A DNA stretch of 64,000 nucleotides. It comes from Eledone cirrhosa (lineage: Eukaryota). The translations under genes and the position numbers were made by a program. This document shows positions 54,231 through 64,000 of this stretch, piece by piece; position 1 is the stretch's first letter, and every line of letters begins with the position of its first letter. A model generated the notes under the pieces. It was not told the origin of the DNA. It did not search any database and saw only the letters and a list, made by a program, of their open reading frames with translations. The DNA lies in contig OZ024752.1 in assembly GCA_964016885.1 (NCBI GenBank), positions 30,442,001-30,506,000 on the forward strand, given 5' to 3'.

Positions 54231-56159
54231 AATAGATCTACCTTTGAAGATATCTAAATTTAGAACAGCGATAGTAAAATAGCTCTGCTTGTCTACTCAT
54301 ACATTGTCAAATGTACCTGTATTTGAAATTTTACACATTCTTCAGTTAGCATCTTTACCAGTCATTTATATCATTTTATTTTTTTTAGACTTCCATTTTA
54401 AATAGTCTCTTTCATGCCTCTGCTATCATTGATATGTTGGTTTTTGATATTCTGATCTTGCTTTATTCTAACTACACTCAGAAATTCTCATTATTCATTC
54501 CATCTTTCTTCCTACCTTACAATCTTACCTGCTCTTCTTTCATTTTGAATGTTTCTCTTTTTTCTCTCTCTATCTCTCTTACTTCTTTTTCGTCTACTAC
54601 TACTACTTCTACTGCCACTACTATTTCTTCTTCATTATCAAAGGCTGCATTATTGACAATATACACGATTTTGTGTTGCATGTTTTATTATGATTGTGTG
54701 ATTTGAGAGAAATCTGGCTGCTATTTCTAGTAAATTAAGCAACCACATTGAAGCACTCCTTTTGGCCATATGACACCCCATATAGAAAACTGTTAAGTGT
54801 CTCGGGACCATGGAGCTGTTTTTAGGTGGGATAGGGGCTAATAAAATAGATTGAAAAATAAGTAGATAGATAGGATTGGATAGCTGTATATATTAGATAT
54901 GTTATAGTACTGAAATGTTCAATACTAATATTCTAATAAGTGTTTTTATGGAATATTTGGTGAGGCTGTAGCCTCCTAGATGTCTAATTACATAGTATGG
55001 TCCTTCACTAGTCAAAGACATAGTATATTTGAAGCAATTCAATTAATTACCTGTGTGCCATAAATCTGTTTGATCTGGGATGACCTGGGGTCCAGTTGCA
55101 ACAAGCATAATCCATCCTTTTTTAAATTACTGGGGGGTTTTTTAATGTTCTTTTTTTCAAGTATTTCCACCTTCAATAACCTCAATATAATAACTGCAGA
55201 AACCATTTCTCCTCCCTCGTATACACTACAGAAGAATATAAAAGATTTTTAATTAGTTAAATAACCACTTATTGTTTGATAAATTAAGAAATTCCCACCT
55301 GTTTTGTTTTGTTTGGTTAATTAAAGACGTTTTGTTTTCTAATAATGGAGTAGGTTTCATTAAAATAACAAAAGACTAATCAATAAAAAATATGTGATGA
55401 TGACAAGCTAAGTAATGTTTAGTTTCAAAACCTAGAACTGTGTCTTGTCTATAAAGTTATTCTATAATTTAGTTGCCTTTTCTATGAAACTCTCATTAAA
55501 ACTGATCTGTTAGACATGTCTTTGAGGTTGGTACGAATTAACAGTTAATTAGTTGTTCTAATAAATTAATATTAACTTCACTGATTTAATATTTCACGCT
55601 TGAATTAGATTTACTGTTCGTGTATTAAAAGATGGATTGTCTGTTTACTTTTAATTAAATAACTGATCCAACTCTTGTTAGCAGGGAAAATGGACGTTAA
55701 ATGATTATTATGATGATGATGATGATGATAAAAAAAGTGTCTTTGATTTATATTTACAATGTTGCTCTCTAGGACTTCATAAAAACTCTAAACAGTTTTA
55801 TAAAATATTTATTGTTGCTTTTCTATTTACTGAATTTAGTATTCATTTACAAATTGAGTTTTGTTGCTATAGATACTTTTATATTGTTTCTGAGGTTTAA
55901 CATATGTATAATTCTAAGAACTAAAAATAATAGTATCTGTTTTGTACAAAATAAGACTGATTTTGTTATTAATTATTGTTTGCTTTTTGAGAAGCTTGGC
56001 TGTATTAAAACATTAAGTAGAATAGAGAAAAAAACATCTTTTCATTTGCATATGGCAGAGGTGGGAGAAGCAAATTTATTTTAGTCTAAAATTTGTAGTT
56101 ATTAGAATAGGAATAACAATTTCAGTTTGTAACATGTTAGAATCAAAACAGAAATACTG

Positions 56160-56360
56160 AGTTCTGTGGAGACTTCTGGTGTCCTTGGCTCTAGGGCCAC
56201 CTCCCTACTCACCACAATCGGCACAGAGTGGGCTACATTGTCAAATGTACCTGTATTTGTGAGCCTCACGAGCTGGAATGGCTCTTCCAGCGTGTCTCCC
56301 TCACCATCCTCCAGGGATACGCCTTCTCTATTCTATCCGCCAGGGCTGCAGGGCAGCTAG
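56160..56360 (+). mobile_element. CRE-like non-LTR retrotransposon C-terminal fragment
   Basis: VETSGVLGSRATSLLTTIG...EPHELEWLFQRVSLTILQGYAFSILSA resembles the (AV)ETxGxxG...WLxQRxSxAxxRGNAxSIL end of CRE-clade restriction-like endonucleases. Confidence 0.7.
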
Positions 56361-56576
56361 GACGTGGGCCCCCATTTGCTCACAACAGTGATATTTGGGG
56401 AGAACAGGAGAGATGGAAGCAGTGACAGTGGGAGTTTGGTTCCTTTGTGTTCAGACCTTGTGTATATGTATATATTTATTTACTGCACCACATTAGTGTT
56501 GTTGGTTTTGAAATGTATTTATGGAGATATAACTACATTGGAGATTAAGAATAAAATTAGAAACTATTTTTATTAT

Positions 56577-56750
56577 GAATTGGCAGAATCGGTAGAGGGT
56601 CGGACGCTATGCTTTCTAGCATAGTTACGTCCCTTTACGGCCTGAGTTCAAATCTCGCCGAGGTTAACTTTGCCTTTCATCCTTACAGGGTCGATAAAAT
56701 AAAGTACCAGTAATGTACTGGGTAATTTGCTGGTAGAAACAATTATTATT
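56577..56750 (+). mobile_element. SINE (Nin-domain-like)
   Basis: ttggcagaatcggtagagggtcggacgc...gagttcaaatctcgccgagg...gtagaaacaattatt. Confidence 0.88.
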
Positions 56751-59700
56751 TACTGTATTTACTGCTGTGGCTTCAATTTATTTATCTATTTGGAATATGT
56801 TGTAATGGAACTGGAATAAAGGTGATACTCTCACTTCAAGGTTTCTAAATATTTTAGGACTGTTTTTTTATTATTATATAAATTCCTGAACAATAACTTA
56901 ATTGGACATTTCAGATCAATGAAAAAACTAATGGTTCATTGCATTATGAAAGGTGAGAGTGACAAAAAAATGATGGTGCAATTGAGTGCAGGAGGCACTT
57001 ATATAATATGATGTTTCTTGGAATCAAGCAATGAGAGAGCATATACAGGTGTGAAAATACTAGTTTTCACATAAAACTTCTTTTATATCAGACTCATAGC
57101 TCTAAATTCTAAGTACTGATTGGCTATAGCTAGCTTCTAGCTTCTGTGTATTTTATAAAACATTGTTTTCACAGTAACTCATCTACTGTAATTCAGATTA
57201 TTAATAGCAAAGTTTTTTTTTTTTTGTAGTATCTGATTTATCAGTTGCACAAATCCTAGGAAATATCTTTTGAGTTGGCTGACTATGCTATGGAGAGCAT
57301 TTATCCTGCATGTTTGAGGCTTGTGTTTTATAAACAGTGGCTCTTGCTATATGCAACTCGTTAGCATATTTTGCATAGTGCACCAAGCCTCTGTGCAACA
57401 GTTTTTTCATATGATAGAGATATGTTCTTTCTGTACCAGCTTGTTGTCTGGTTACTAGGCAGCTTATAATTTACAAAGTATAGATCAAGGTTTCACTGAC
57501 ATATTTTCTCTGATAAAAGCAGCATTTCAGTTTTCTGTCTTGACCTTTCAGTCATCGTTCCAGGCATTAGTGAAATATTTCTAAACTGTTTAATCCAATG
57601 TCATTTTATTGATTTTATTAATTCCTTCATTTCTTCTCTATCTTCATATTAGATTTCCACTTTCTTTATAGTCCTTGTCAATATACTTTCAATTATTGCT
57701 TCCAACAACTATTTTATTTGTTTTGTTTATTTTTGTTTACTTTTGGGGGGAACTAGTGGTGTTTTTCTTTTGACATACTTAAATTATTATTATTTTTCAA
57801 ATGTTTATCCTAATTATTAGATCTAAATTTAATTAATTGTATTTTGTTTTTGTTTTGTTTTTTTCTTTGGGACAATTTCAATATATTGAGAGCTTGTTTT
57901 TGAACGTGAAAGGAATATAAATTTAGGTGATAGAAATCTTAACAAATGAGCTTGTGGAGGAATTTTGTTCTTTGCTTTTTCTTAGAAAATCCTGAACTCC
58001 TTAATCTGCTTGTGGTGTTGCTTCTCTCATGCATGAAACAGTGCTAAACTTACCCATTTTGTTGCATTTACTTATGCTGCATATGTAGTTTTTCCATTCT
58101 TTTTTCTTTTAAAAACCAATTTATTTTGTGTTTAAAACCAATTATATAAATCTATTTAGAGTTTTTATTAGGATATAATTTTGTTATATTAAACAATATT
58201 TAACATTTTGGAATAATTGTTCATTTCTGTTGAATAGTTTTCTAGAATTTAAGTAAAAAAAAAACTACATGACTTGTTTGAGCTTCATTCATATTAAAAG
58301 TTAGTTATAACATTTTTTCAAAATTTTATTTGTAAAATTAATTCCTTTAATTTTAGCAGTATTTCAAGGAATGTAGTAAAAAAATTATCCTAATTAATAA
58401 TACTAACATATTTGGCATGTTTCATTTAACTTCTATTTGCTATATTTTTATGGTTATACTGTTAAAAATATTGAGAGAAAGTTTATTAAAAGTTCAATTT
58501 TTTTTTTTTTTTTTTAGCTACATAAGACTAGAAATGAAACTAGAAATTTTTTAATTGCATTAATTGTATTTTGTATTCGATTGCTTATTATTTAAAATTG
58601 AAGCTGAAAATGTTTAATTTCCTACTTCTCTGCATCAGAATCTTCAATTTAGCATTCACTTCATTTTAACAAAATTCTCTTATTATATATATATATATAT
58701 ATATGTGATTTAATGAAACTCATATTTATGTATTTACTTCTTTCCTCTTTATTTATTACCTTATACTGTTATATATTCCTAATACTCTGCTTATTGTTAT
58801 TATTGAGACAGTATGTTTATTTATCTATTTATTTTGTCTATACCAAAGATCGCTAGTTAATTATTGTTAATTAGGTGATTTAGAATGTATTTCATTACAT
58901 TTCTAGAGATTCAATTAGATTTTAATTTGAAAAATTTCAAAGTATTTTGAACATCAAATATTTATAGAAAAATTGTTTTGTTTGATTTATTTTTGTTTCT
59001 TTGATATCAATTATATGTAAATTATTTTGTGAATTTACTGTTAAAAGCTGCAAGCTTCCAAAAATTTAGTCCATGGTTGAATTTTTAATAAATTTTCTCT
59101 CAATTCAATTACAACTAAAGGGGTATTGCTTCTTTTAACATTTGAAGAAGTCATCATGAAATCTTGATCTGCCATTTCTTATAATCTCAAATAAACCTAA
59201 TAACTTTTCTCTAATGTATTTAGACGATTGTATATATGTGTATGCTCATATATGTGTGTGTGTGTATGTTTATATATATAGAATGTATGACCGTATGTAA
59301 GTAGGATACAGACCCCTTCAGTCTGTCTGGGAGGTCAGTAGCCCCGCTTCAGTACTGACTTGATTTTTGTAGACCCGCCCGACCCTTGCTAGCAGGGAAA
59401 CAAACATTTAATATATATACACACACACATGAGAGAGAGGGAGATACAGAAAGCTAATAGGATGTTTGTCAAATTCACAGAGCTGTTACAAATTAGAGTG
59501 ATATCTTGTTCTACCTTGTGCTACATGGTGACCACAAAGTAAAATAGTTATTTCCACTGTTGAGATTTTTTTTTTTTGTTTTTACATTTTTTTTTTTTAC
59601 ATTTTTTTTTTTTTTTTTTCATCCATGGATGTTGGATGCAGTATGGCTTATGAATATATATAATCTGTGGGTCTTTTTTCTCCACTACCATCTCCACTGG

Positions 59701-59829
59701 ACTATTTACAAAATGTGGGTATAGTGTAGAAGATAAACAATTAAATAATAGATAATGTAAAAGCTCAGTTATGATTTAAGATGCTTCAGTTTCTAATAAT
59801 AATAATAATAATATATATATATATATATA

Positions 59830-59870
<41 letters not shown>

Positions 59871-60051
59871 ATGTATGGTCATGTAACTCCTGATAGAGTT
59901 GTAGGGGCGCCGTATTGATATACAGCATGTATTAGGTATTTTAAGTCTGGCAGAGCCCATCCCTCTCCAGGCCTGAGTACAGCAGATTTCTTCCAGAGAA
60001 AGAATGAAAGTGAGAGAGAGGAAATGAGAAAGAGATATAGAGGAAGAATAC

Positions 60052-60171
60052 ACCCCAGTACTAGACTGGTACTTTTTTTATCGACCTTGAAAGGATGAAA
60101 GGCAAAGTTGACCTCGGCAGGATTTGAACTCAGAAAGCAGAGAGCCAAAACGACTCTGCCAATTCGCCACC
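60052..60171 (-). mobile_element. Internally deleted SINE (Nin-domain-like)
   Basis: Reverse strand ggtggcgaattggcagagtcg...tgagttcaaatcctgccgaggtcaactttgcctttcatcctttcaaggtcgataaaa. Confidence 0.8.
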
Positions 60172-60731
60172 TCCCTCTCTTTATATATATGGCAAAGATA
60201 AAACTAAATATACAAAGCTCAAAAGTATGTAGAGGATTATATATGATGGTATATAATTGCCATCTATATATATTTGATTATTTATATATATACTCTGCCA
60301 TATATATACTGAGTACTCCTCCCCACTTACCTTTGTAGACATAAACGTCCCCCAGTATATGCCAGCATGAAAAAGTGAATGTCAAATGATTATAATGGTT
60401 GTGTGTGTGTGTCTAGGTACACACACACACAAGTACATGGTTATTCGGTTAAGGAGTTCACTTTACATCATTTAAGCAACACATTTGACAATTGTCTTCT
60501 GTTAGATGGAATGGTACTGTGATTCATGGGCTGATCCTTATTACACAGTACTTGCAGATTCTTGCTGATAATTACATTTAAGTTGGCAACTGTAGAAGAC
60601 ACAGCTACTTAGATTAGAATATAGTGAGTATATTTCTTAGAATGTAGGTACTTCTAGATTTGAAAACTACACCCATTGGAATAAACACAACATCGTTTTA
60701 TATATATATTAGAGACAAATAACTTACTGAT

Positions 60732-61075
60732 TCATCATCATCATCATTTCATTTTACGTCCGCTTTTTCCCTGCTTGCAAGGGTGAGACGGGAACTGATT
60801 CTGGCTTGATTTCTACAGCTGGATGCCCTTCCTAACACGAACCTCATTTACAGTGAGTGCTGGGTGCTTTTTTGCCGTGGCACCTCCATGACCACTTTGC
60901 AGTGGAATGATATGGACCTCAGTCCCTATCATCTCATTTCTACAGCTGAGTAAACTGGAGCAATGTGAAATAAAGTGTCTTGCTCAAGGAAACAACACAT
61001 CACCCGGTCTGAGAATTGAACTCACAACCTTTCGATTGCAAGGCCAATGCTCTAACCACTAAGCCATGTGCCTCC
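60732..61075 (-). mobile_element. tRNA-CORE SINE with RTE-derived segments (sister of 49438-49760)
   Basis: Near-identical to 49438-49760 apart from a short indel. Confidence 0.9.
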
Positions 61076-61899
61076 ATTGTTATATATATAATGACAGATA
61101 CTTTATTTCACATTGTTCCAGTTTACTCAGTTGTAGAAATGAGTTGCAACATCACTAGTTCCAAACTGTATCAGCTTTTGCCTTTCCCTTGGACAACATT
61201 AGTGATACAGAGAGGGGAGACAAATATGCATTGGTGACAGCTAGTCTTCCACAAAACCAGCTTGCCTGTGCCTTTGAGGGAAACATTCTAGGTGCAAAAC
61301 CATTGGTCAGTCATGACCAAAGGGTGTTTACTCCTTTATCCTTACCCTTTATATACATAGAGAGAAAAATAAATATATGAGGTTAAACATTTGGCTTGAA
61401 ATGGCATGGTTTCCTGATCAGTAATACTGCATAGCACCTAGAACAAATTTCTTCTACTAAAACCATGCATTGACTAAATCCTTTTGAGTAGAAACTTTGC
61501 AGAAGCCCATCTTTTATATATATAAAGGTGTGTGTGTTGACACTGCTTAACTATTGGTGCTGTTTGTTTATGTCCTGTAACTTAGCAGTGCAAAATATAG
61601 AGATTAATAAAATGAATACTAGATTTAAAATTAAGTCCTGGGGGTTGATATGAACTAAAGACCCCACCATATGTATGTAGGTATAGGGCAGAGACATGGC
61701 TGTGGAGTTAAGAAGTTCACTTTGTAGCAATCATGTAGTCTTAGCTTCTATCCTACTATGTGGCATCTTCAGCTAATGTTTTTGGAAGTGTATTTGAGTG
61801 ACAGAAACTGTAAGAAAACCCATTGTGGATATATATATATATATATTTATTATAAAATAACAGGAGACTGGACTGGTGTAAATCCTTGAAAGGTTTATT

Positions 61900-61957
61900 A
61901 TACTATGATCATTTCAATGACCGGGTTCAGTATGAATCCGGTGACATCATCAGGTAT
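61900..61957 (-). ncRNA. Type I hammerhead ribozyme motif (atypical stem II base)
   Basis: Minus strand: atac CTGATGA tgtc accggattca tac tgaacccggt catt GAAA tgatca TA^gtat aataaa. Palindromic stem III atgatcat, stem I atac/gtat; lacks the canonical G-C pair closing stem II. Confidence 0.65.
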
Positions 61958-62732
61958 TCAAAATATAACAAAGGAATATAGCATATAAAATCCATGGGGC
62001 TGAAAATCAGAGACAAGAGGACGACCGACCATTTAGCAGCTTCTACCTCGGTCGGCCGCCCTCAATGTCAAAAGTGAAGATACACACACTGTATGTATGC
62101 ATGTGTGTATATATATATATACACACGCATACAGTGTGTGTGTGTGTGTGTGTCTTCACCTTTGACATTGTTCCATTTAAATGAATTTCACTGCTCAGCA
62201 GTTAGACATGTGAAAGTCTGGACTTTATTTAAAAAACAAAAAAAGGAGTTGTCATCAGAAAAAAGTATACCGCCATAGATTCTCACCTCAAAAGGTCTCA
62301 TGATTCATTAAATTATTTTTGTATGTGTGTATGCATATATATATATATATGTATATATAATGTGTGTGTGTGTATGTATTTTTTATAATGAAAATTGATC
62401 TGTAAGTAAATCAAAGGTTTATCCCTGGGCGTATCTAAAACTCAGATACTTTGATTAACAGACCATATCAGTCATTCACGAGAAATGATAATTCCCAACT
62501 GAAAAAGTTTTCTAGAAGGTTTTTTCTCCCAATTCAAGATGCAGTGAATTAGTTTAATGTCTGGAGTTTTTCAGTTGTACATAGCTGGCATTGCTACTAT
62601 ACACTGTTGCCTTTGCAGCAGAACTTCATTTTAGCATAGGATTAATGTACCCAAGGGTTGCTATAAATTATAGCCCAGCTTTTGTTCGATTATGTATACA
62701 CAGAAAAAAACAGAGCTAGATTTATTAGCACT

Positions 62733-63560
62733 GGACTTCACGGAGATGATAGGCCTGCATAACATGAACGCTCAGAAAAACATTAATTAGAACTTTTAAC
62801 GAATTTGATTTTAAAATTATGATGAATATAAACCAGAAAATATTAAATTTCCTAAATGCAACACTAAACTTAAACATTGGCAAACTTTACCCTTGCTATA
62901 AACCCAATAAAGAAATATATAAATAGGAGCAACCTTCCAAGATCATAGAGAACATTACAAACGTTAACAGATGCATATCTAAGTTATCATCAAACAGAAA
63001 TGTTCAACAGTAATGCCATATATTACAACAGATCTGAAGCTTGGAGATATTTTAAGAGCCCTGAATAAATAAAATCAACCATAAAAATAGAGATATTATC
63101 TGATTTAATTCTCCTATAGCCTATATATATCTGTATCTACAAATGTAGCTAAACCCTTCCATACAGTAAACACTATACACTTGTCTGCTTCGTGCAGAAA
63201 TACTGTAATTAGCAGTCAATTATATGGAAAATATAAGGTTTCTAATCTCTAACCGTGACCACAAGTCTATAAACACCTGACAAACAACCAAAACTAAATA
63301 CAGTCTCAGAAATACAAACTAGATCTCCTCTTCAATAGAAAATATCTGCCAAATGAAATAATATAGAGAGTAAATGTAGAATCAATTGACCTTACAGTAA
63401 AAAAAAATCATACATCAAGTTTACCACAAATACCTTTGAAGTTAGATTCATGCTGAACGTTTGTTTAGATCCAGAAATTTGTTTAGTATATTTGGTTGCT
63501 GAAATATAGAAAACAACAAAAAACTGGAGCATTATTTCCAAAGCATGGAACAGTGTGATA
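62733..63560 (+). mobile_element. Heavily decayed Penelope-like element (RT C-terminus + GIY-YIG endonuclease)
   Basis: Fragments across frameshifts: GLHGDD (GLYRDD), NQKILNFLNATLNLN..YKPN, ISKLSSN, RDII*FNSP, SVSTNVAKPF, KSYIKFTTNTFEVRF (YIG region), YIWLLK, NWSIISKA. Confidence 0.72.
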
Positions 63561-64000
63561 GCCACAAATATCAAGCCAAATACTTGAGTCAATATAATTA
63601 ACTAAAACCATTGTAAGCATTGCCCCAGTATGGCAGCAGCTCCCAATCTGAAACCATTAAACATATATATTTATTATGATTCATATTCATGATATTCCAT
63701 TTTCAACCAATGGTTCCATGAGCTAACCAAGCCTGCAGAACTGCAAGCTATGGATGTTAGTCATATCTTCATACAAATGGCAGAACAAGATTTTTTTTAA
63801 TCTTGTAGGAAGGGATGAGAAAAAAAGGGGTAGTGAAAGATAGGGGGTAACTCAGCATGAAAAACGTTTTTCTATATGAGGGTATGTCCATATCCATATG
63901 GATATGGACATACCATGATGTGTAGTTAAGTTCACGTTGCTACCAAGCAGTCCAGTTTCAGTGTTGGTGTTAGCACCTTTTTACGAATGTCTTCTACTGT

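Overview
AT-rich eukaryotic (animal) DNA, most likely from an octopod cephalopod, judged from the tRNA-derived SINE families and the very large microsatellite load. The only host-gene sequence I can support is two + strand exons of a furin-like proprotein convertase: 4253-4370 (end of the catalytic domain) and 11168-11469 (P domain). Their splice phases are compatible. I found no further exon, so the remaining ~52 kb is probably one large intron. It contains four large minisatellites (53, 31, 30 and 35 bp units), kb-scale (TA/TATG)n tracts, a near full-length but dead RTE LINE, fragments of RTE-like, R4/Dong, CRE and Penelope retroelements, a piggyBac relic with four related MITEs, two non-autonomous Helitrons and many SINEs. 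The most notable unannotated signal is three clear (plus one degraded) minimal type I hammerhead ribozyme motifs. All are antisense to furin and lie 30-55 nt from a (TA)n tract, and the three clear ones sit next to AATAAA, the layout of Penelope-like pLTR/retrozyme units. Other points of interest: several perfect palindromes/fold-backs, a 26-bp templated insertion, a twin-priming-like inversion in an R4 element, and a SINE sharing both 5' and 3' sequence with the LINE in the same window. All calls were made by eye; no database searches were run.
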